64,000 bases of DNA from Eledone cirrhosa (Eukaryota), in assembly GCA_964016885.1 (NCBI GenBank), contig OZ024752.1, forward strand, positions 15,066,001 through 15,130,000. The letters run 5' to 3'. How positions within the stretch are numbered: the stretch's first letter is position 1; each line of letters starts with the position of its first letter. The translations under genes were made by a program, and so were the position numbers. Shown one piece after another: positions 52,463 through 64,000 of this stretch. The notes under the pieces are model-generated. The model had not been told where the DNA came from. It worked only from the letters and a program-made list of their open reading frames with translations, and ran no database searches.

Positions 52463-55154
52463 TTGGTTGATATCCTAAACTTAGTGGTAGATGAATTGAA
52501 CAATGATAGTGGGAGACCTATGAACTTAAGATTTGTAGACAGGAAAAAGTTAAAAGAAACAACAGCTAAGGTAAACAAAGTCATCCTATACCTTGAGGCG
52601 AGAGCCTTCACCAGTGCAACAATATCCTCAAAGCAACAGCAAATACGGTGAGGAAACTACTTGGTATAAAAGCGAGAGGAAACAATAACCAGAAGATGCT
52701 GTTTGGACAGCTTGAAGGGAAAGAAAGAGGCAACGACTTGATCACTGAGGCGGAACAAACTAAAACATTCTGGAGAGGAATATGGGAGCAGGATGTTAAA
52801 CATAATGACCAGGCAGTGTGGATTGAGACAGTACAGAAGGAGATCAGTGAACAGGCACACCAACAAACTGATTTGAGTATCACAGTTGAAACTCTTAAGG
52901 GGCAGGCCAAAAAAGTAACCAATTGGAAATCACCTGGCCCAGATGGTGTGCAGGGGTATTGGATTAAAAACATAACATCCCTCCACCCGAAACTGACAAC
53001 CATGTTCAATGACTGCTTGATGTCAGGTGAGGTACCAGAGTGGTTGACAAAAGGTACCACAGTTCTGATAATGAAAGACCGAATCAAGGGTAATGATGTT
53101 ATCAACTATAGACCTATCACATGTCTGTCCGTAATGTCGAAACTGTTGACAAGCATTATGTCTGAGGAAATCTACCATCACCTCCACACAAACAACTTGT
53201 TACCGGACGAACAGAAAGGATGCCGAAAGAAGTCACGTGGTACAAAGGACCAGTTACTTATTGATAAGATGGTAATGAGGAATTGCAGGAGGAGACACAT
53301 TGGTCTTGCCATGGGATGGATAGACTACAGAAAGGCATTTGACATGGTGCCTCATTCCTGGATCACCAAAAGCCTGGAGATCTTCAGGGTGGCGGATAAC
53401 ATCAGACAGTTGCTAGGCAGGAGTATGGGGTCCTGGGAGACAGAGTTGACATCAACTGGAGTATCCTTGGGAAGCGTGAAGATCAAGAGAGGTATCTTCC
53501 AGGGAGATAGCCTGTCACCTCTGTTGTTTGTCCTTGCCCTGATGCCCTTGACCATTATGCTGCGAAAAGTGAGAGCAGGATACAAGTTGGGAAGGGGAGA
53601 GCTTACCATCAATCACCTCCTCTTCATGGACGATCTCAAGCTCTTCGGGAAAAGTGAGAAGGAGTTGGATGTGCTTGTTGACACTGTCCGTATTTTCAGC
53701 AGTGATATATGTATGCAGTTTGGTATTGGTAAATGTGGAGTCATTGTGATGAAGAGGGGTAGGTTGAGCAGAAGTAACGGGATCCAGATACCAACAGGTG
53801 AGATGATAAAGGAAATTGACTCTGAGGAAGGATACAAGTATTTGGGCGTTCTGGAGGCTGATGGCATAAAGAACAAAAAAATGAAGGAATTGTTAAGAAC
53901 TGAATACATTCGGAGAGTAAGGAGCGTATTGAAGTCACATCTGAACAGCAGAAATGCCATAAGCGCAGTAAATTCCCGAGCTGTGTCTATTATTAGGTAC
54001 AGTGCGGGAATTCTGAGATGGAATGTTGCTGAACAGAAAGAAATGGATAGGAAGACTAGGAAGCTATTGACTATCTACAACATGTTCCACAAGAGGAGTG
54101 ATGTCGATAGACTCTACCTAAGGAGATCTGAGGGTGGAAGAGGTCTTATCAGCATAGAGGACTGTGTTCAGATGGAGAAAAACAACCTATACAAATACGT
54201 GACCTATAGTAAGGAGCCAATGCTCAGAGCTGTACTGAAGGAGGGGACAGTAGGCCAGGGGATGTCCAGGGAGGAAATAACATCAAGGAGGAAGAGCAGC
54301 CTTAAGGGAAAACCCCTTCATAGTACCTTCTTTGAGAAAACTGAATTTAGAGATCCACAGACATGGAACTGGTTGAGAAGAGGAGACCTCAAAAAGGCTA
54401 CAGAAGGAATGCTAATGGCTGCGCAGGAGCAGGCCCTCAAAACGAAGTGGTTGAAGCACCATATCTACAAGGAGGAGGCCAACCCACTGTGCAGGATCTG
54501 TGGAGAGAGAGAGGAGACTGTGGCTCACATTGTGTCCGAGTGTAAATACCTAGCCCAAACCAACTATAAGGGCTGGAGACACGATGTGATGGGCAGGGTG
54601 ATCCACTGGCACCTGTGCAAAGTAAACAATCTACCACATTCTGAGAAATGGTATGAGCATAGGCCAGAGGCGGTGATGGAGAACAATCAGGTGAAGATGC
54701 TGTGGGATTTTAGGATACAGACGGACAAAAAACTGGAACACAATAGACCTGACCTGGTGGTTGTGGACAAAGAAAAAAGATCGTGCCTGATTGTGGATGT
54801 GGCCTGCCCGTTCGACACGAGAGTGCAAGAGAAGGAGAGGGAGAAAATTAACCGATACCAGGACCTAAAGTGGGAGGTGAAAAGGATTTGGAACTGCCAT
54901 GAAGCCAAAGTGATCCCGATTGTCATAGGCGCACTGGGGACTATCTCCAAAAGTTTCCAGGGATGGTTAAAGAAAATCGGCCCCTTCACGCTTTTTGGAA
55001 CGCTTCAAAAGGCATGCTTGCTTGGAACAGCAAGAACCCTCCGATACGTCCTGAATATCTGAGGCTGCAGGTAGTGGCTTGATATTCAATCCAACGGACT
55101 TTCCAGTTAACCAACATCAATGACTGAGATTCAAGGAATAACAATAACAATAAC

Positions 55155-55189
<35 letters not shown>
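52462..55189 (+). mobile_element. R4/Dong-like LINE copy 3 (chimeric; open 804-aa ORF 52648-55062)
   Basis: 5' part matches copy 4 and 3' part matches copy 2; repeat period 2728 bp. Confidence 0.93.
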
Positions 55190-55190
<1 letters not shown>

Positions 55191-57655
55191 TTGGTTGATA
55201 TCCTAAACTTAGTGGTAGATGAATTGAACAATGATAGTGGGAGACCTATGAACTTAAGATTTGTAGACAGGAAAAAGTTAAAAGAAACAACAGCTAAGGT
55301 AAACAAAGTCATCCTATACCTTGAGGCGAGAGCCTTCACCAGTGCAACAATATCCTCAAAGCAACAGCAAATACGGTGAGGAAACTACTTGGTATAAAAG
55401 CGAGAGGAAACAATAACCAGAAGATGCTGTTTGGACAGCTTGAAGGGAAAGAAAGAGGCAACGACTTGATCACTGAGGCGGAACAAACTAAAACATTCTG
55501 GAGAGGAATATGGGAGCAGGATGTTAAACATAATGACCAGGCAGTGTGGATTGAGACAGTACAGAAGGAGATCAGTGAACAGGCACACCAACAAACTGAT
55601 TTGAGTATCACAGTTGAAACTCTTAAGGGGCAGGCCAAAAAAGTAACCAATTGGAAATCACCTGGCCCAGATGGTGTGCAGGGGTATTGGATTAAAAACA
55701 TAACATCCCTCCACCCGAAACTGACAACCATGTTCAATGACTGCTTGATGTCAGGTGAGGTACCAGAGTGGTTGACAAAAGGTACCACAGTTCTGATAAT
55801 GAAAGACCGAATCAAGGGTAATGATGTTATCAACTATAGACCTATCACATGTCTGTCCGTAATGTCGAAACTGTTGACAAGCATTATGTCTGAGGAAATC
55901 TACCATCACCTCCACACAAACAACTTGTTACCGGACGAACAGAAAGGATGCCGAAAGAAGTCACGTGGTACAAAGGACCAGTTACTTATTGATAAGATGG
56001 TAATGAGGAATTGCAGGAGGAGACACATTGGTCTTGCCATGGGATGGATAGACTACAAAAAGGCATTTGACATGGTGCATCATTCTTGGATCACCAAAAG
56101 CCTGGAGATCTTCAAGGTGGCAGATAACATCAGACAGTTGTTGGGCAAAAGTATGAAGTCCTGGGAAACAGAGTTAACATCAACTGGAGAATCTTTGGGA
56201 AGCGTGAAGATCAAGAGAGGTATCTTCCAGGGAGTTAGTCTGTCCCCTCTGTTGTTTGTCCTTGCCCTGATGCCCCTGACCAGTGTACTGCGAAAAGTGA
56301 GAGCAGGATACATGTTGGGAAAGGGAGGGCTTACCATCAATCACCTCCTCTTCATGGATGATCTTAAGCTCTTCGGGAAGAGTGAGAAGGAGTTGGATGT
56401 GCTTGTTGACACTGTCCGTATTTTCAGCAATGATATATGTATGCAATTTGGTATTAATAAGTGTAGAGTCATTGTGATGAGGAGGGGTAAGTTGAGCAGA
56501 AGTAACGGAATCCAGATACCAACAGGTGAGATGATAAAAGAAATTGACTCTGAGGAAGGATACAAGTATTTGGGCGTTCTGGAGGCTGATGACATCAAGA
56601 ACAAAAAAAATGAAGGAATTGATAAGAACTGAATACCTTCGGAGAGTAAGGAGCGTATTAAAGTCACATCTGAACAGTAGGAATGCCATAAGTGCAGTAA
56701 GTTCCCGAGCTGTGTCTATTATTAGGTACAGTCCGGGAATTCTGAGATGGAATGTTGCTGAACAAAAAGAAATGGATAGGAAGACTAGGAAGCTATTGAC
56801 TATCTACAATATGTTTCACAAGAGGAGTGATGTCGATAGACTCTACTTAAGGAGATCTGAAGGTGGAAGAGGTCTTATCAGCATAGAGGACTGTGTTCAG
56901 ATGGAGAAAAACAACCTACACAAATACGTGACTGATAGTAAGGCCCTCAAAACGAAGTGGTTGAAACACCACATTTACAAGGAGGAGGCTAGCCCACTGT
57001 GCAGGATCTGTGGAGAGAGAGAGGAGACTGTGGCTCACATTGTATCCGAGTGTAAACACCTAGCCCAGACTCACTATAAGGGCTGGAGACATGATGTGAT
57101 GGGCAGGGTGATCCACTGGCACCTATGCAAAGTAAACAATTAACCACATTCTGAGAAATGGTATGAGGATAAGCCAGAGGCGGTGATAGAAAACGATCAG
57201 GTGAAGGTGCTGTGGGATTTTAGGATACAGACGGAAAAGATACTGGAACACAATAGACCTGACCTGGTGGTTTTGGACAAAGAAAAAAGATCGTGCCTGA
57301 TTGTGGATGTGGCCTGCCCATTCGACACGAGAGTGCAAGAGAAGGAGAGGGAGAAAATTAACCGATACCAGGACTTAAAGTGGGAGGTAAAAAGGATTTG
57401 GAACTGCTATGAAGTCAATGTGATCCCGATTGTCATAGGCGCACTAGGGACTATCTCAAAAAGTTTCCAGGGATGGTTAAAGAAAATTGGCCCCTCCACG
57501 CTTTTTGGAACGCTTCAAAAGGCATGCTTGCTGGGAACAGCAAGAACCCTCCGATACGCCCTGAATATCTGAGGCTGCAGGTAGTGGCTTGATATTCATT
57601 TCAACAAACTTTGCAGTTAACTAACATCAATGACTGAGACTCAAAGAGTAATAAC

Positions 57656-57709
<54 letters not shown>
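55190..57709 (+). mobile_element. R4/Dong-like LINE copy 4, 5'-truncated and decayed
   Basis: Frameshift at ~56610, internal deletion at ~56941, stop at 57143, QGVSLS in place of QGDSLS. Confidence 0.93.
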
Positions 57710-57710
<1 letters not shown>

Positions 57711-58146
57711 TTTTCTTTATTAACCACAAGGGTTCACATAAAGTAGACATTAAGGACAGTACAGGACAATACAGGACGGTACAAATGGGCATTTCTGCGT
57801 GTAAAAAAACAGAGGTTGAAATAAAATAACAAAGAAAAATTCCCCAATAGGGGGGAGACTTCCAAGGGACATTTGTGGAGAAAGCCCATTAAAAGACCAC
57901 AGTGGCCCTGACCACCAGGGCAAGTGCCCTCTCCCAGTTTTCCACCTTTAATTTACAGACACATACTCAGAGAAGGCCCATTCATTCGGGCCATACTTGC
58001 TTCTCTCACCCATCTTTCAACAAAATGCTGGGAAGAGAGCACTTCCCTCTCTACCCTGATTTTCCTTTTCAAATGAAATTTGAAAAAGTTAATCAGGGCA
58101 TCACCGAAGAGGTAAGTGCTCGTCTTCAGCCCTTTCAAACGTGTCC

Positions 58147-58147
<1 letters not shown>
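57710..58147 (-). mobile_element. Probable Tx1/L1-type LINE 3' fragment in (TTA)n
   Basis: Minus frame WTRLKGLKT...FFKFHLKRKIRVER...FVERW, then a 3' UTR ending aataaagaaaa; a diverged homologue lies at ~58405-58720. Confidence 0.6.
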
Positions 58148-58190
<43 letters not shown>

Positions 58191-58192
<2 letters not shown>

Positions 58193-58394
58193 GGAGATCT
58201 GAAGGTGAAAGAGGTATTATCAGCATAGAGGACTGTGTTCAGATCGAGAAAAACAACCTACACAAATACGTGACTGATAGCAGTGAGCCAATGCTCAGAA
58301 TTGTACTGAAGGAGAGGACAATAGACCAGGGGATGTCCAAGGAGGATATAACAACAAGGAGAAAGAGCAACCTTCATGAAAAATCCCTTCATAT
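58191..58394 (+). mobile_element. R4/Dong-like LINE internal fragment
   Basis: RRSEGERGIISIEDCVQIEKNNLHKYV, following (AAT)n. Confidence 0.9.
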
Positions 58395-59407
58395 ATAACG
58401 GCGAGTAACACACCCTTCTCCGCGCTCTCCTTCGTTTCCACGTGGAATTTTGAATGATGATGAGTGCTTGTCCGATGAAGAATGTGTCTGTTTTAAGTCG
58501 TTTTATTGTTTTTCTATCCACAATGGCTTTGTTATCGCCAGGTGGCAGCAGAAAAATGGCTGCTTCTCCAGGGAAAAAAATATGGCAATACGATATTCAT
58601 CATGGTGTCAGCCTTTATCGGAATCTGTTATACTCACGACAATATTTGAGAAAGTTCCACAAGTCCACAATGCACTCGGTGAGTGCAGGATGAATAATTC
58701 CATGTGTGTGGAATGACTACAACCGGCAGTGCTCCCTGGTAATACTGCTCAACCGATGAACAAGACTTGTAATTAAAATGGTCCAGCCTCATCACAGATT
58801 GCATCCCGCTTAATCTCATTGAGATTTCCCTTAATCTTACATGCTTCTCGCCAATGCTCAGACAACTTATATTTTAATTTCATGACCAGGCTGTTCCATT
58901 GATCGAACAACTGGAACACCGTTCGTCAAAGCCGTGTAGATCCATTTATATTCCTATTCTCGTGTATGAAACAAAAATCTGAAAATTGCTACGGTTTTTA
59001 AGTTCGTCACATGAGGAATATCTTTGACTTTAAGATACAATATATTGTACGAGCAAAGAAATGAACGTATCAAAGAATATCCGTTGCTTAGTTTAGAATT
59101 GTATTTTTAAATTGCTAATGTGTATTGACACGAAGGACAGCGTATTATCGTAAAATATTATTTCTACTTTTAAGCAATATAAAAGCGTCTCACACTTAAT
59201 AGACTTCTGCAGATTTGAAGAGAGATAAAAAACCTACCTTGGTTTTTTAATATCTCGACAGAGCTTTGAAACGAAATAAAAAGTCCTAATTGTATTAAGG
59301 AAGACCAAGCTATATTAAAGTATATAAGAAGTTCAAACATTCTCGATAGTGTAATGCTTTTTAATTTCAGTACAACACTGATACAGAGTAACTGCCGATA
59401 TATATAT

Positions 59408-59690
59408 AGTAATGTAATAAACAAGATAAGATAATTATTTCATTTACCAAAGGTTTCACGAAGACAGACAAGCCTTGCACAGACCTATGACTTCAATCGT
59501 CAGAATGAAATTCCATTAATTTCATTCTGACGATTGAAGTCAAACCTCTGTGCCTGGCGTATCTGTCATCGTGAAACATTTGGTAAATCAAATAATTATA
59601 TTATCTTGTTAATTACATAACTAAAAAGCTCTGTAACCTACATAGAGCACTCTCTTTTCCTTTACCTTTCCTAACGGAAGCACTTTATAT
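59408..59690. mobile_element. Fold-back HHR element, family G
   Basis: Arms 59408-59512 and 59518-59622. Minus HHR 59437-59511 (atttcatt-CTGACGA-ttgaag...cttcgt-GAAA-cctttgg-TA-aatgaaat); more degenerate plus copy 59519-59593. Confidence 0.85.
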
Positions 59691-59959
59691 ATATATATAG
59701 AGAGAGAGAGATATAGATATATCACCGGGAGAGATGACACCTTAACCTTTGTCACGGCAGAATTCTAGGAGAAGGAAAACTCTGATATAACACCTCCAAC
59801 TCTGATGGTATCCAATGATGTTGACTTGTTCTTCTTTTTTGTAAATATCATCGTGGTTAAGAGAGTGGGACTGGCTTTGTGCCGTGCCTTTGCTCACTAT
59901 AAAAGCTTCACGGCACAGGAATTGCTTTATATCTGGAGATCTCTCTGCACTTGTCGTTA

Positions 59960-60140
59960 CATGGTACCATGGGCCCAGCACTATGTGTCAATAATTGTCA
60001 CAAGTGTAGTGTTTGTACGAGAGTTTTCAAGTCGCTGGCTGGACTAAAAAGTCACACTCGTTCAGCGCATCGGTAGGAGTTCTCCTACATGGATATAAAA
60101 TAGTGGCCGTAATCGAAAACGAGTTGTCAGCCACCATATA
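59960..60140 (+). mobile_element. Probable RTE-type LINE extreme 3' fragment with C-terminal C2H2 finger
   Basis: 59990-60076 translates NNCHKCSVCTRVFKSLAGLKSHTRSAHR*, followed by a short UTR and (TA)n. Confidence 0.6.
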
Positions 60141-60484
60141 TATATATATATATGAATGAAGGAAATGCCAAGAGGCATATACACAAATGTAAAAAAAAAA
60201 AACGAAACCTTTCTAGGTAGTAGCATTACTGATCACAGCTTGATGATTGCAATTTCAATATATTTACAGCTAATGCACTGTTAATTGGCCATCAGTTAAA
60301 AGTATTTAATTGAACATTGAAAATGGTGTCGTATTTTAGGGACGTACTAATTTCATCACGAAAACACATATCAGAAGACTTATGTATGTATATACATAAA
60401 TACATACACACTGCCACAATCTGGCACATACACACTAGCACACTCACATATATACACACACACATACGCGCACACACACAGACA

Positions 60485-60527
<43 letters not shown>

Positions 60528-60550
60528 TTACATATACACACATATATATA

Positions 60551-60649
60551 TAAGGTGTCCCAAAAATATATACACAATTCAACAGCATTCTAATAAATAT
60601 TGCCTGTACAAGTAATCAAAGTGTGTATATATTTTCTTCGGACACCATG
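60551..60649. mobile_element. ~100-bp Tc1/mariner-type MITE
   Basis: ggtgtcc..aaaatatatacac / gtgtatatatttt..ggacacc, TA-flanked. Confidence 0.65.
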
Positions 60650-60981
60650 TATATAATATATATATATGTATATATATATATATATGTGTGTGTGTGCGTA
60701 TGTATGTATATAAATATATATGTGTGTGTGTGTATGTATATATATATGTATGTGTATGTGTGTATATGTATATATATATGTATGTGTATGTGTGTATATA
60801 TATATATGCATATGTGTGTGTGTATGTATGTATATATACATATGTGTGTGTATGTTTGTATACATACATGTGTGTGTATGTTTGTATACATACATATGTG
60901 TGTGAATGTATGTATATATACATATGTGTGTATATGTATGTATATATATATGTGTATATGTATGTATATATATATGTGTAT

Positions 60982-61045
<64 letters not shown>

Positions 61046-61081
61046 ATATATATATATATATGTGTGTGTATATATATATAT

Positions 61082-61286
61082 ATATTGTTATACTTTGGGA
61101 GGGTCATAATAACACACCCACCAGCTGCTTTCACTTCAATTTATTATAAATTAAATTTATAAATTGAATTTATAATAAATTGAAGTGAAAGCATCTGGTG
61201 CGTGTGTTTCTTATTGGCAACATGACCCTCCCAAAGTATAACAATATTTCAGATAAAGAATCTTGCTAAACAAATTCAGAAACGAA

Positions 61287-61290
<4 letters not shown>
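61082..61290 (+). mobile_element. Extremely truncated fold-back PLE terminus (same family as 13345-14283)
   Basis: tattgttatactttgggagggtcat...atgaccctcccaaagtataacaata, then aagaatcttgctaaacaaattcagaaacgaaat. Confidence 0.85.
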
Positions 61291-61317
<27 letters not shown>

Positions 61318-61555
61318 TACAAAAAAGAGAGAGGTATATGTGGAATCGGAATCGTTTATAGCATGTATGTTAATTACATATTAAGCTACTGTATATGCTT
61401 CTATATATATATGTGTGTTATGTATATACTCTTTTTATTATAATATAATTTTACAATATTGGGGTTTGATTCTACTTCGAATTTCTCAGACGTTTTAAGA
61501 AATATCTTAGAATTAAATAGGTAATGAACGTTAGATTGTAGAAACTATATCGTAA

Positions 61556-61732
61556 TCAGTATCGGTAGAGGGTCGGACGCCATGCTTTCCAGCATAGTTA
61601 CGTCCCTTTACGATCTGAGTTCAAATCCCGCCGAGGTTGACTTTGCCTTTCATCCTTACGGGGTCGATAAAATAAAGTACCAGTAATGTACTGGAAAATT
61701 GCTGGCCTTGTGCCTAAAGTAGAAACAATTAT
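61556..61732 (+). mobile_element. SINE
   Basis: Near-consensus copy. Confidence 0.92.
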
Positions 61733-62309
61733 TACACTTCACAGTCTATAATTTAAAGAAACGAGGTTGTGTAACCTTCAAGTGTTGATCTAATTTCAGC
61801 AAACTTCATCAAGCATGTAACTCTCCATGGCACGATCTCTTAATCTTATACTAATTAAAATAAGAGCGCATTAAATGATGACTGTAAACCCCTTAAAAAA
61901 ACTATAAATTAATTAGTATATTGATATTAATATACTATTAATATTAATATACTAATTAATTTTATAATAATTAATATAGTTATTAAGGGATATCATCATT
62001 TAATGCGTTGTTCTTTTCCCCTAGAGGGTATGCAACCAAAGAAAAAATATCACCAGCACTGAATTAAGCATTCTGGAGAGGGTGCCCATTCATCAACCCC
62101 ATTGGTGGCACAGCATAATTTGAGTTCCCGAGGGGTGTGCCCATATTTCAACGACCAGCGATATTCATCAAAAGGAAAAGTGACTTCCTGTTTAGTTGGA
62201 GAAAGTCCTTCTTAATCCATATCAAACTATTGGTCCCGTGAATCCCGAATCACCACATTATCTCTACTCTACCCATATAAAAGTGCATGGCAACCTTCAT
62301 CCTGAAATC

Positions 62310-62613
62310 AACATGTGAAGATGCTTCTGACTGCAACTTCAAACCGATACCACATATATGAACAGAATATCTAGAAATACATCAATAAGATATCTCTAAT
62401 GATATCACATATATCAACGGAATATCTAGAAATATCTCATACATCAATAAGATATCTCTAATGATATCACATATATCAACGGAATATCTAGAAATATCTC
62501 ATACATCAATAAGATATCCCTACTGATATCACATATATCAACAGATATCGTATATATATATCATATATATCAACACGTTATATCTACTTATATCACAAGA
62601 AGAAGAAGAAGAA
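62310..62613. repeat. Dispersed repeat (also 21730-21870) with 62-bp internal tandem units and (GAA)n
   Basis: aacatgtgaagatgcttctga..aacttcaaaccgataccacata is shared; units start at 62377, 62439 and 62501. Confidence 0.8.
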
Positions 62614-63204
62614 TTTGGCAGTGACCAAAACATACATACAAAATATATACTTGTAGATGTGCATATGTTGTGCGTGAGTATGTGCTTAAATGTTTAAGCT
62701 CTAAAGACAGACTTCTTGTTATATATATATTTACATTTAATATGAAATAGGAAATGGACTGATGCAGTTTCCTTGTAATTGAATATTTAATACTTTCATC
62801 ACAATATATGTTCTATTACTGTATCTAGCGCCAATTGTATATGTACAACTCTTTATTATATTTTTTTCAAATTTGAAATGAATATTCGTATGGATAATAG
62901 AGAAACAGTCACTTCTCAAATAAATTGAATGAACTCAAGGAAATATACCATGATTTATATAAAAATATGATAAATGAGAAGTTTAAACTGTTTACATATG
63001 TATCTAAGACAAAATACTAGTCAGTGCATTCTTTAAACTCAAATGATTATAAATTGCACGTCTCACATTTCCAGAAAAATATGCTCTGTTGATGTTATAC
63101 ATAATTTTGTATCTAGCGAGTGTTGGGTGTATACGCTCTATAGTTTACATAGCTATAAAGTGTTGCATATACGGTATTATATACATATATATATTGTTAT
63201 GCTT

Positions 63205-63596
63205 TAGGAAAAAGTACTGAAACAACATTGTACCTTTGAAATATGTATTATAAAATATGTACTTTGGTTATAATATTTCTCATTTATTAATATTTGGAAT
63301 AATATTATAGATACTCCAGATAAATCACTGTGAGTGCTTCGAATCTATTGTAAAATTTAATTCGTTGAATAATCAACGAACCATATAAACTTTTGGTTAT
63401 ATATATATATGTGTGTGTGTAGTGACACTACAGGAATTGAAGACTCAAGTACTTTAGCGGTATGTCGCATATCCAAACTCTTATATATTTTATCTGATGA
63501 AAACGTACTGAAACAACATTGTACCTTTGAAATATGTATAATGAAATATGTACTTTGGTTATGATATTTCTCATTTATTAATATTTTGAATAGTAT

Positions 63597-63600
<4 letters not shown>
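63205..63600 (+). mobile_element. Retrozyme-like HHR repeat, family C (~293-bp monomer, partial tandem)
   Basis: gtactgaaacaacattgtacctttgaaatatgtat at ~63213 and ~63505; HHR 63482-63552 (atattttat-CTGATGA-aaacgtac...gtaccttt-GAAA-tatgta-TA-atgaaatat). Confidence 0.85.
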
Positions 63601-63644
<44 letters not shown>

Positions 63645-63771
63645 GTGTGTGTGCGTGTATAAATATATATACATGTATGACTCTAGAAAATGAACTGTCG
63701 CTAATGCAGATTATTTCATATTTATATATACAGATTATCCTTCAGATGCATTCTTACATACATATATAATA

Positions 63772-63882
63772 ATAATTGTTTTACTTTTGGCACAAGGCCA
63801 GCAATAACCCAGTGCATTACTTGTACTTTATTTTATCGACGCCGTAAGGATGAAAGGCAAAGCTAACCTCGGCGGAATTTGA
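63772..63882 (-). mobile_element. SINE, 3' half
   Basis: Reverse complement of the SINE core and tail. Confidence 0.88.
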
Positions 63883-64000
63883 TAATAATAATAGTAATAA
63901 ATGGATAATATATCACTATAACATCATAATTTATTTCATAATATATATTTCAGGAAGAAATTGTTAAGGCATACGCACCAGTTCGTAAACGGATTCAACT

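Noticed and set aside
59990-60076. C2H2 finger as a host zinc-finger gene exon
   Set aside because: Single terminal finger with no TGEKP linker, followed by a stop, short UTR and microsatellite; fits a LINE C-terminus better.
61860-62015. Imperfect AT-rich inverted repeat
   Set aside because: Probably a small MITE or fold-back, but too degenerate to classify and has no HHR.

Overview
Repeat-dominated, AT-rich animal genomic DNA. From recall, the SINE and RTE families resemble those of octopod cephalopods; this is an inference. I found no supportable host gene, and most predicted ORFs are microsatellite artefacts. The window holds four Penelope-like retroelement (PLE) copies or fragments, a decayed Tc1 transposon, several non-autonomous Helitrons, about 16 copies of a tRNA-type SINE, RTE and Tx1-like LINE fragments, and a head-to-tail array of (TAA)n-associated R4/Dong-like LINEs. 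One of these LINEs has an intact 1130-aa ORF and one is a mappable recombinant. The main hidden signal is that many short non-coding islands between (TA)n tracts carry type I hammerhead ribozyme (HHR) motifs. I read about 20 motifs by eye (roughly half with an intact core) in at least 8 distinct sequence families. They show compensatory base changes, permuted partial tandem copies (retrozyme-like monomers of about 290-540 bp), fold-back copies with a ribozyme on each strand, and a shared downstream AGTGCT-plus-hairpin module. Coordinates were read manually and may be off by a few bases.
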